Assembly (NCBI RefSeq): GCF_029245835.1
Contig: NZ_JAQWOO010000033.1
Span: 2,447 to 66,446 of the forward strand
Length of the DNA: 64,000 nucleotides
Direction of reading: 5' to 3'
Origin: Algibacter sp.
GTDB taxonomy: Bacteria > Bacteroidota > Bacteroidia > Flavobacteriales > Flavobacteriaceae
Made by a program: the position numbers and the translations under genes
Shown here: piece after piece, positions 56,449-64,000 of the stretch
Numbering within the stretch: the first letter of the stretch is position 1
Layout of the letters: each line of letters starts with the position of its first letter
Notes under the pieces: model-generated
What the model was told of the DNA's origin: nothing
Databases searched by the model: none
Seen by the model: only the letters and a program-made list of their open reading frames with translations

Positions 56449-57123
56449 ATGACTGAAAATATAAAAATACTTATGATTGATGACCACCCAATGATTATTG
56501 AGGGTTATCAAAACACATTATTGTTTACTAAAAAAGACAATCAAGAATTAGAAATTGATATTGCCAATAATTGTGATGAGGCTGTGGTTTGTATGGACAA
56601 ATCCGTGCTTAATAAAAGACCGTATGATGTGTTGTTTGTTGATATCAGTCTACCGCCATCAACTGATGGCAAAATGAGTTCTGGAGAGGATTTAGCAGAA
56701 TATGCAAGAAAGATTTTACCTGATTCAAAAATCATTATTTTAACCATGTTTAATGAGTCATTTAGAATTCATAATATTATTAAAACAATAGACCCTGAAG
56801 GGTTTATGATTAAAAGTGATTTAACATCTAGTGAATTGGCAAGCGCATTTCAAGCAGTACTGAATAACCCGCCTTTTTATAGTGGTACAGTGAATAGCCA
56901 TATTAGGAAAACCATAATTAGTGATGTTGTAATAGATGATAAGAACAGAAAAATTCTTCACTTGTTATCTCAAGGAATCAAGACAAAAAATTTAGCGTCG
57001 CATTTAGATATCTCGTTAAGTGCTATTGAAAAGCGTAAAAAGCAGCTCAGAGATATATTTGAAGTACAAGACGGACAGGATGAAACCTTACTTAACCAAG
57101 CAAGAAAAAAAGGATTTGTGTAG
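56449..57123 (+). CDS. LuxR/NarL-family response regulator
   Basis: 224 aa. Receiver domain (MIDDHP, DVLFVDISLP) and a C-terminal LuxR HTH. Confidence 0.85.
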   Translation: MTENIKILMIDDHPMIIEGYQNTLLFTKKDNQELEIDIANNCDEAVVCMDKSVLNKRPYDVLFVDISLPPSTDGKMSSGEDLAEYARKILPDSKIIILTMFNESFRIHNIIKTIDPEGFMIKSDLTSSELASAFQAVLNNPPFYSGTVNSHIRKTIISDVVIDDKNRKILHLLSQGIKTKNLASHLDISLSAIEKRKKQLRDIFEVQDGQDETLLNQARKKGFV

Positions 57124-57142
57124 TTGAAATAATACAGATATG

Positions 57143-57181
57143 AAAAAAGGTGATTTTTATCAATAAAAATCACCTTTTTTC
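57143..57181. terminator. Bidirectional terminator after the response regulator
   Basis: AAAAAGGTGATTTTTAT/ATAAAAATCACCTTTTT perfect hairpin. Confidence 0.7.
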
Positions 57182-57454
57182 ATATTCTAAAAACGCTTGC
57201 TATACTTATAAACTACAATTAACCCGCAATATTGTTACGGGTTTCCCGCAGTTTGAAAATAATTGTTCTAAGTATATTTGTTTATCAACACTTCAAAATT
57301 AATTAATCCCTCAATTTTTTTTGTTGATAATAGCAATTTACAAAACCCTATGGATGTGAGAGACCCATAGGGTTTCTTCTTTTTAAATTGAAAAATAAGT
57401 CATCGATATTTTGATACGTATCCGTTAAAATTGTCATTGCCATGAAAATGGTAA

Positions 57455-57952
57455 TCAAAATAGAGCTTCTCTATAATCCCATAAAATACCAATGTAAAGA
57501 CCAAAATATATAACGGCGACTATAAATTTTATAAAAGTTGATGTTAAAAATCCAATAAAAGAACCGAAAGCAGCTTTAGTTGCTGTTCTTGTATCGCTTT
57601 TGTTTATAAGTTCTCCTATTAAAGCTCCAATAAACGGCCCGATAATAATGCCACCTGGTATTGGAGCAATCAGTCCTACTATAAGCCCAATAGTGGTTCC
57701 AATCATTCCGTATTTAGTGCCTCCAAAACGTTTTGTTCCTATGGCAGGAATAATATAATCAAGTAGCCAAATAAAAATAGCGATTGCAAAAGTTATAATT
57801 AAAAACGATTTGTCTATTGGTATAGCATCTGTAAAATGCAAAACTAAAAGCCCAATCCAGCTCGTAATTGGCCCGGGTAATATAGGTAAAAAGCTGCCTA
57901 TAACTCCGAAAAGCATAAAGAGTGCAGCAATAATAATTAAAATAATATCCAT
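57455..57952 (-). CDS. DUF456-family membrane protein
   Basis: 165 aa with 4 TM segments. The N-terminal GSFLPILPGP motif is typical of DUF456. Confidence 0.6.
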   Translation of the reverse strand: MDIILIIIAALFMLFGVIGSFLPILPGPITSWIGLLVLHFTDAIPIDKSFLIITFAIAIFIWLLDYIIPAIGTKRFGGTKYGMIGTTIGLIVGLIAPIPGGIIIGPFIGALIGELINKSDTRTATKAAFGSFIGFLTSTFIKFIVAVIYFGLYIGILWDYREALF

Positions 57953-58071
57953 GAAAATGTTTAAGTAATATAGTATTTAGACTAAAAATCATGCCAAATG
58001 TTACAAATAGATATTTTTTAAAGATTGTATTTTTGGAATAAAATTGTATTTTTCACTTTCAGTTGAAATCC

Positions 58072-58548
58072 ATGAGGAACCTTTTAGTTTTTATATTCAT
58101 TTTATCACTCACATCTTGCGAGTATTTTAATGTAAAAAAAACATCTTCTGAAGCTATTTTAAAAGAAGAATTACAAACCTTTAATTGGAATGATGTTGAT
58201 GAATATCCTAGTTTTTCTGAGTGTGATTCATCGCATACTAAAGGTGCTAGAACGCTTTGTTTTCAGGAAACGATAACAACTCATATTACCAATTATTTAC
58301 AGAAGGAGCGTTTTGTTGTTACACAAGATATTGATGATACTATTGTGCTCCAGTTTCAGGTTTCTAAATCGGGTAATTTGTTATTATTACAAGCAGAAAT
58401 AGATTCGCTTACCACTCAAGAAATACCAAATATTAAGCGGTTGCTTAATAATAGTTTGGATGCTTTACCTAAGATTTATCCCGCTATAAAACGCGGCCAA
58501 CAAGTAACTACGGAGTTTAAATTGCCTATTGTTATTCATGTAGATTAA
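58072..58548 (+). CDS. Hypothetical lipoprotein
   Basis: MRNLLVFIFILSLTSC signal peptide plus lipobox. I prefer the ATG at 58072 to the TTG at 58063. I recognised no family. Confidence 0.5.
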   Translation: MRNLLVFIFILSLTSCEYFNVKKTSSEAILKEELQTFNWNDVDEYPSFSECDSSHTKGARTLCFQETITTHITNYLQKERFVVTQDIDDTIVLQFQVSKSGNLLLLQAEIDSLTTQEIPNIKRLLNNSLDALPKIYPAIKRGQQVTTEFKLPIVIHVD

Positions 58549-58551
58549 ATT

Positions 58552-59286
58552 TTAAAAGCGAATAGCTAGCTTTCGCATTAATCGTAATATTTCCATGTAT
58601 AGCCAAACGATGGTTACGAGAAGCCCCCAAGTGGCGAGCCACTCTTTGTATTTAGGCGATTTGTTTTTGTGGCGTTCAATATAATCGAAGTCGAGAAGTA
58701 ATGATAACGAGGCGAAAATTGCGGCGACAATGTTGAATATTATGGCTGGCCATGAGATGCCCCAAATGAATACTTTTATGCCGAAGAACCCCAAAATCCA
58801 AGAGATTATATAGATAACAAAAATACTTGTGGCTGCGGTAATGATAACACTGCGTAGTTTTTTTGTAACCACAATAATTCGAGCTTGATACAGTAATAAC
58901 ATGACTGTGAAAGTGATTACCGTAACCCCGATGGCTTGATATGGTAAATTGGGGAATTGTGCATGTGCGTAAACCGTCATGGCGCCCAGAAAAAACCCTT
59001 TTGCAATAGCATAAAGCGGTACTAAAACATGCGCCCAATGTTGCCGAACCGAAATGATAATACTTATAACAATAGCGGCTAGCATACCACCTAAAGAATA
59101 CCATTTGATAGTAGCACCATTGGCGTGAAGTTTCCACATACCAATGGAGATGATAATTATGATGGCTATGGATAGCATGGATTTTATAAAAATACCTGTA
59201 ACCGTCATGGTTTTTTGAGAGGTATTTTTATCGCTAAAAAAGTAATTATTAAAGGCTGGGTTTGAGGTTTTTTTGAATAAGTCCAT
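58552..59286 (-). CDS. Bax inhibitor-1/YccA-family membrane protein
   Basis: 244 aa with 7 TM segments and a C-terminal LLLDFDYI...YMEILRLM pattern. Confidence 0.6.
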   Translation of the reverse strand: MDLFKKTSNPAFNNYFFSDKNTSQKTMTVTGIFIKSMLSIAIIIIISIGMWKLHANGATIKWYSLGGMLAAIVISIIISVRQHWAHVLVPLYAIAKGFFLGAMTVYAHAQFPNLPYQAIGVTVITFTVMLLLYQARIIVVTKKLRSVIITAATSIFVIYIISWILGFFGIKVFIWGISWPAIIFNIVAAIFASLSLLLDFDYIERHKNKSPKYKEWLATWGLLVTIVWLYMEILRLMRKLAIRF

Positions 59287-59347
59287 AAGCGATAAATCTA
59301 CTAAAATTATTTGAAAAGAACGTTTCTAAATATTCTTTGAGATTTTG

Positions 59348-60499
59348 TTACTTTTTAAAATCGCGCCCTTTCCATTTGTAACCATAAAAGCTTGAGATAC
59401 AGGCAATATAAACACTAAAAATCGGGTAGAAAAGAAATCCCAAAATATAACTTTTTAAAATCTCTTTTTGATTGAAAAAGGAAGCTGATTTATAGATTAA
59501 AAAGAAATCGATATTAAACTTTATGAATATAATATAAAAGAAAGTTTTAAAATTTATAACTCCAATAATAGAAAGAACTAATCCAATAAGGATTAAGGCA
59601 TTCATTAATAAAACAACCAAACCTGTAAGTTTACCAAGCCCATTGTTATAAGCGCTTGTCTTTGCTGCCCAACGGATACGTTGTGACATGAGGTTTCTCC
59701 ATGTTGGTTGCGGTTTAGTAGAGATAATGGCTTGCGCGCATTTTAAATATTGAAGCTGTTGTGGGTATTTTTTTGTAATCTTTTCAAGTAGAAAAATATC
59801 GTCTCCACTGGCTATGTTGTTATTGCCTTCAAAACCATTTACTTCTTTAAATATCCGTTTTTTATAGGCCAAATTTGCGCCGTTACACAAAAAGGGTTTT
59901 TTGAGTCCGAAACCACCAATAGTAGCCCCTTGTAAACTTAACAGATCTAGTATTTGAAATCGGTTTAAAAATGAACTAGTATTGCTGTAGGTTACGGGAG
60001 CTGCAATACAAACGGCATTACTTTTTTGAATGTACTCATCAAAACTATCTAGCCAAAATAGGGGTAATTGGCAATCTGCGTCGGTAGTTATTATCCAATC
60101 GTATTTAGAGATTTTTATGGCAGAGGTTATGGCGTCTTTCTTTGGAGAATTTGTTTTTCGTTCATTTGAAATAACTACTATCTCAGGTTTATCGAAGTCG
60201 AAACCTCCTTGTTTACTATCCAGAACTTTCTGAATAATTTCAACAGAATCATCAACAGAAGCATCATCAACCAAAATAATCTCAAAAAGATGTTTTGGGT
60301 AGTTTAAAGTTGCTATAGTATCTAATAAATCTGGTAAATTTTCAGCTTCATTTCTAAAAGGAATTACTACTGAAAATTTGGTTTTAGCAGGAATGTCTTT
60401 CAGTTTAAATATAGAAACCTTATCAAATCCGAAAATAAAACTTCCTACTAGTAGCAAGTAAATTATCGTTATTGTAAGGCTAATTAAAATCATATTCAA
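59348..60499 (-). CDS. Family 2 glycosyltransferase (membrane-anchored)
   Basis: 383 aa. The FSVVIPFRNE...ILVDDASVDDS...TDADC pattern is typical of GT2, with TM helices at the N- and C-termini. Confidence 0.8.
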   Translation of the reverse strand: MNMILISLTITIIYLLLVGSFIFGFDKVSIFKLKDIPAKTKFSVVIPFRNEAENLPDLLDTIATLNYPKHLFEIILVDDASVDDSVEIIQKVLDSKQGGFDFDKPEIVVISNERKTNSPKKDAITSAIKISKYDWIITTDADCQLPLFWLDSFDEYIQKSNAVCIAAPVTYSNTSSFLNRFQILDLLSLQGATIGGFGLKKPFLCNGANLAYKKRIFKEVNGFEGNNNIASGDDIFLLEKITKKYPQQLQYLKCAQAIISTKPQPTWRNLMSQRIRWAAKTSAYNNGLGKLTGLVVLLMNALILIGLVLSIIGVINFKTFFYIIFIKFNIDFFLIYKSASFFNQKEILKSYILGFLFYPIFSVYIACISSFYGYKWKGRDFKK

Positions 60500-61464
60500 T
60501 CTTGATTTTTTGGGAAGTTGAAATTGAGCACATAATAGCTTCCAAATACACTAGGAGTAACAAAATTAAGACCCCACATTAAAGTTATTATAGATAATAT
60601 GATAAGTTCGTTTACTCCAGCTAAAGAAAATAAATATACGGCGATACTGCCTTTTATAATCACATCAAAAATAAAAATAGATGGAATTATAGACGCTAAT
60701 AAATACATGGATGTAATTATTGACATAGCATTTAAGTAGCTTAGATTTATTTTGAAAATTTGCAACAAAACATAGAATTGAAAGGAAAAGATAGCATATC
60801 TTATGAATGAAAACAGAAACCCTAAGGCTATTTTGTTTTTCGGGTATACTACAATAAAATGTTTCATTTTTTCTAATGAAAAGCCTTTAATAGTAAACTT
60901 ACTTTTTGTTAATCCAAAGCCTAGTAAAACCATAACAAGTAATACAAGAACTAAAAACCGTGCTAGTTTGTAATAATTTATTTCAGGATCGTATTTTAAT
61001 ATATAAAAGCTAAGACCAATACCACCTAAAAGTGTTGTAACCCCCATTTGTAGAAAGTTACTAATTAAATTAACTAGCATTATATGTTTCCTGAAATGGG
61101 ATGTGTAATAAATGGCTTTGGCTCCGTATTCTCCAATTCTATTCGGCGTAAATAAGGAAGCGGTTAATGCGCCCAAACTTTGTTCTAAAGCATTTTTGAA
61201 TGTAATTTTTTTAATAGAAGCTACTAATGTTTTCCATTTTAAAACCTCGAAAAACCAATTAAAACAAGTTAAAACTAACAAGGTAAGTATGTTTTTAGTC
61301 GAAAAAACAGTGTTTGTTTCTAGAAAATTAATAAAATCAGAAAAGCTTAAAGCATCATTATTTACTAATTTTTGATAAATAAAATAAAAAGCACCAACTA
61401 CAATGCTTAATTTGATAAGCACAAAAAAGAATTGTTTAGTTTTGTATGGTAGCGGGTATATCAT
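60496..61464 (-). CDS. Flippase-like / lysylphosphatidylglycerol-synthase-TM-domain (UPF0104) membrane protein
   Basis: 322-aa polytopic protein. It overlaps the downstream GT2 gene by 4 bp, a pairing typical of this family. Confidence 0.5.
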   Translation of the reverse strand: MIYPLPYKTKQFFFVLIKLSIVVGAFYFIYQKLVNNDALSFSDFINFLETNTVFSTKNILTLLVLTCFNWFFEVLKWKTLVASIKKITFKNALEQSLGALTASLFTPNRIGEYGAKAIYYTSHFRKHIMLVNLISNFLQMGVTTLLGGIGLSFYILKYDPEINYYKLARFLVLVLLVMVLLGFGLTKSKFTIKGFSLEKMKHFIVVYPKNKIALGFLFSFIRYAIFSFQFYVLLQIFKINLSYLNAMSIITSMYLLASIIPSIFIFDVIIKGSIAVYLFSLAGVNELIILSIITLMWGLNFVTPSVFGSYYVLNFNFPKNQD

Positions 61465-61494
61465 TCGTATTGCAAATTAAATCAATATTATCAC

Positions 61495-62133
61495 ATGACC
61501 TTGAATTTTAAATTGAATACCCGTTTTTGGTTTGTATTAGCTTTCCTTTTTTATGGTTTTTCAAGTTTTTCTCAAAGTGATACAAGTACCATTAAAGCTC
61601 AATTTGCTTTGGGTGTTAATAGTCCATCATCAAATGGTTTTGTAGATGATTTTGAAGCGAATTCAATTAATTTCCCAAGTATAAATTTGGGTTTGCAGTA
61701 TATGTTTAGACCCCAAATAGGGGCCAAGTTAGACTTTGGTTATAATCGATTTTCAAACTTAGGTAACACACCAGAGTTTAAAGTGAATTATTCACGAATC
61801 AATGCCCAACTGGTCTATGATGCTTCAATAATTTCAAGTTTTTTAAATAAAACGGGAGTTTTTATCCATGGAGGCCCAGGATTATCCATGATAAAGCCTT
61901 TAGATGATTATGGTGAAAATAAAACGTCGTACTTAAATGCTATGGGTGGTGTTGAGGTTCATTATGGTATTTCAGATAGGTTATCAATCTACTTAGATAC
62001 CGCTTATATTTTTGGCTTTAGTAAAGATTTTAAACCCGTTTCTGATGGTTTTGGATCGTTTAACGGAGATTTATTAACTGTAACTTTTGGCGCATCTATT
62101 TCGCTAAGCGGTTGTTATTATTGTGGAGATTAA
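61495..62133 (+). CDS. Outer-membrane beta-barrel (porin-family) protein
   Basis: 212 aa. Signal peptide and alternating beta-strand pattern. Confidence 0.5.
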   Translation: MTLNFKLNTRFWFVLAFLFYGFSSFSQSDTSTIKAQFALGVNSPSSNGFVDDFEANSINFPSINLGLQYMFRPQIGAKLDFGYNRFSNLGNTPEFKVNYSRINAQLVYDASIISSFLNKTGVFIHGGPGLSMIKPLDDYGENKTSYLNAMGGVEVHYGISDRLSIYLDTAYIFGFSKDFKPVSDGFGSFNGDLLTVTFGASISLSGCYYCGD

Positions 62134-62684
62134 TGAAGGAAAGAATTATTTTAGGTATTGACCCAGGAACAACCATTATGGGTTTTGGGCTTATAAAAGT
62201 AGTTGGAAAAACAATGCAATTTGTTCAACTTAATGAGCTCGATTTAAAAAAATACAGCGATCATTATTTAAAACTAAAACTCATTTTTGAGCGTACCATT
62301 GAGTTGATTGACACGCACAATCCAGATGAAATTGCTATTGAAGCTCCTTTTTTTGGTAAAAATGTACAAAGCATGCTAAAGCTGGGAAGAGCACAAGGCG
62401 TAGCTATGGCTGCAGGTTTAAGTAGGGAAATCCCTATAACAGAATACCTGCCTAAAAAAATAAAAATGGCTATTACAGGAAACGGAAATGCTAGTAAGGA
62501 ACAGGTGGCAAAAATGCTTCAAAGCTTGTTAGGATTAAAAACTCTACCAAAAAATTTGGATGCTACTGACGGTTTAGCGGCTGCGGTTTGTCATTTTTAT
62601 AATTCTGGTAGAATTGAAGTTGGTAAAAGTTATTCTGGATGGGATGCTTTTGTAAAGCAGAATGAAGGTAGAGTTAAAAAGTAA
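62133..62684 (+). CDS. ruvC: Holliday junction resolvase RuvC
   Basis: [19 protein letters not shown]... I prefer the ATG at 62133 to the track start at 62112. Confidence 0.9.
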   Translation: MKERIILGIDPGTTIMGFGLIKVVGKTMQFVQLNELDLKKYSDHYLKLKLIFERTIELIDTHNPDEIAIEAPFFGKNVQSMLKLGRAQGVAMAAGLSREIPITEYLPKKIKMAITGNGNASKEQVAKMLQSLLGLKTLPKNLDATDGLAAAVCHFYNSGRIEVGKSYSGWDAFVKQNEGRVKK

Positions 62685-63817
62685 TGGCAGGCATCTACAT
62701 CCACATACCATTCTGCAAACAAGCTTGTTTTTATTGCAACTTTCATTTTTCTACAACGTTAAATAAAAAAGATGAACTAATTCAATGTTTAATAAAAGAG
62801 TTAGAATTGCGACAAAGTGAGCTTCAAAATGAAATAATAGAAACTATCTATTTTGGTGGTGGAACGCCTAGTTTATTGACTAAACATGAATTAGAGTTAT
62901 TAATTAATACGATTTATAAAAATTATAATGTTGCAGAAAATCCAGAAATCACTTTAGAAGCAAACCCCGATGATTTATCAAAAAAACAAATAAACAAATT
63001 AACAACTACACGAATAAACCGTTTAAGTATAGGTGTTCAATCGTTTTTTGAACGCGATTTGAAACTCATGAATCGCGCGCATAAATCTAAGGAAGCTCTA
63101 AAATGTTTGGAAGAGGCAACGAAACATTTTGATAATATTTCTATCGATTTAATATACGGAATTCCCGGATTAAGTAATGAAGAGTGGCTTGAAAATATTG
63201 AAACAGCGCTGTTATTTAATATACCTCACATATCGAGTTATGCTTTAACTGTAGAGCCAGAAACAGCTTTGGCATCTTTCATAAAAAAAGGTATTATAGA
63301 TAATGTCGATGATGATTTAGCCGAAGCGCAATTTAGTATACTAACAGAAAAGTTGGAACACTCAGGATTTGTAAATTATGAGCTTTCTAACTTTGGTAAG
63401 CCAAATTATTTTAGTGAAAACAATTCTGCCTATTGGCAAGGAAAACGCTATATGGGTATTGGTCCTTCAGCACATTCTTTTAATGGAGATCAACGCAGTT
63501 GGAATGTATATAACAACATCAAGTATATTAAATCCATAAAAGAAAATATGCTGCCTTTAGAAACTGAAACACTCACAGTTACCGATAAATTTAATGAGTA
63601 TGTTATGACGGGATTACGTACTATTTGGGGCGTGTCATTAAAAAAAGTAGAAGACGATTTTGGAAAGAGTTATAAAAAATACCTTTTACTACAAGCAGAG
63701 ATTTACATTAAGGAACATTTATTGTATATTGATGATGAGAAATTATTAACCACAAAAAAAGGAAAATTTTTAAGTGATGGAATCGCTTCAAACCTTTTTA
63801 AAATTAATTTAACTTGA
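62684..63817 (+). CDS. hemW: Radical SAM heme chaperone HemW (oxygen-independent coproporphyrinogen oxidase-like)
   Basis: 377 aa. IHIPFCKQACFYCNF radical-SAM CxxxCxxC motif and a HemN_C-like C-terminus. Confidence 0.85.
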   Translation: MAGIYIHIPFCKQACFYCNFHFSTTLNKKDELIQCLIKELELRQSELQNEIIETIYFGGGTPSLLTKHELELLINTIYKNYNVAENPEITLEANPDDLSKKQINKLTTTRINRLSIGVQSFFERDLKLMNRAHKSKEALKCLEEATKHFDNISIDLIYGIPGLSNEEWLENIETALLFNIPHISSYALTVEPETALASFIKKGIIDNVDDDLAEAQFSILTEKLEHSGFVNYELSNFGKPNYFSENNSAYWQGKRYMGIGPSAHSFNGDQRSWNVYNNIKYIKSIKENMLPLETETLTVTDKFNEYVMTGLRTIWGVSLKKVEDDFGKSYKKYLLLQAEIYIKEHLLYIDDEKLLTTKKGKFLSDGIASNLFKINLT

Positions 63818-64000
63818 TTGCAACAATACAATACAATTCTAGAAAACTTCAAATAGATTTTACAAAACCATTGGATATTTCAATGCCTTTAATTTCATCT
63901 GAAAAAAATGTTAATGCCTGGTATGTTGATGCTCCAAAAATTGAACCTGCACAAGATGGAGATTGGATAGCAGCGGTAAGTAAAGGCGCAAGTATCAATT
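63814..64000 (+). CDS. 5' part of an ORF running off the window (possibly a cyclase/arylformamidase-family protein)
   Basis: The frame is open from TTG 63814 to the window end: IATIQYNSRKLQIDFTKPLDISMPL...DGDWIAAVSKGASIN. The family guess is from memory only. Confidence 0.3.
   Translation, partial: MIATIQYNSRKLQIDFTKPLDISMPLISSEKNVNAWYVDAPKIEPAQDGDWIAAVSKGASIN

Noticed and set aside
58676-59137. 153-aa minus-strand ORF in an alternative frame
   Set aside because: It is fully nested in the BI-1/YccA-family gene, whose frame gives a coherent 7-TM protein. The alternative frame is Cys/Tyr/His-rich nonsense.

Overview
This is an AT-rich chromosomal segment that looks like Flavobacteriia (Bacteroidota). 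Support: TAnnTTTG-type -7 promoter boxes, an S16 protein with a long Ala/Glu tail, a TonB-dependent receptor, a TPR-type HisKA_3 kinase with a LuxR-type regulator, and many lipoprotein signal peptides. Nothing here was checked against a database; all calls come from reading the sequence and the supplied translations.

The window has three blocks.

(1) 1-29.8 kb: housekeeping genes plus a dense ferredoxin-centred redox cluster. It holds Mrp/NifU Fe-S carriers, PFOR, a 2x[4Fe-4S] ferredoxin, KorAB, the seven-gene rseC-rnfBCDGEA operon and a 2Fe-2S ferredoxin. Next comes an uncharacterised 1150-aa protein, tentatively PPi-PEPCK-like, and then an acyl-CoA dehydrogenase and rpsP/rimM.

(2) 30-38.3 kb: a DnaE with an N-terminal DEDD exonuclease fusion, thioredoxin, a ClpP-like protease, a DUF58 protein and tRNA-Asp(GTC).

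(3) 38.4-46.4 kb: the most interesting part, a complete type II-C CRISPR-Cas9 locus with a non-canonical layout.
- A minus-strand tracrRNA, which I could fold by eye, lies divergent from a 1369-aa cas9 on the plus strand.
- A parD/parE toxin-antitoxin pair follows cas9 directly, then an 87-bp leader containing an inverted partial repeat.
- The array has 20 identical 36-bp repeats and 19 spacers.
- cas1-cas2 converge on the array from the opposite strand.
- The whole 7.7-kb module is bracketed by about 154-bp direct repeats (the first 95 bp are identical), starting 27 bp after tRNA-Asp. No recombinase is present.

Downstream (46.5-64 kb): a glycan-utilisation cluster with a GH-A lipoprotein, a phosphorylase-like protein lacking the PLP lysine, a TonB receptor and a LacI regulator. 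After it come a tiny lipoprotein gene next to a two-component system, envelope genes, ruvC and hemW.

Other observations: FNR-like TGAT-N4-ATCA boxes in front of the redox operons, a GC-rich intergenic repeat family (3 copies), and a stack of four hairpins between rpsP and rimM.
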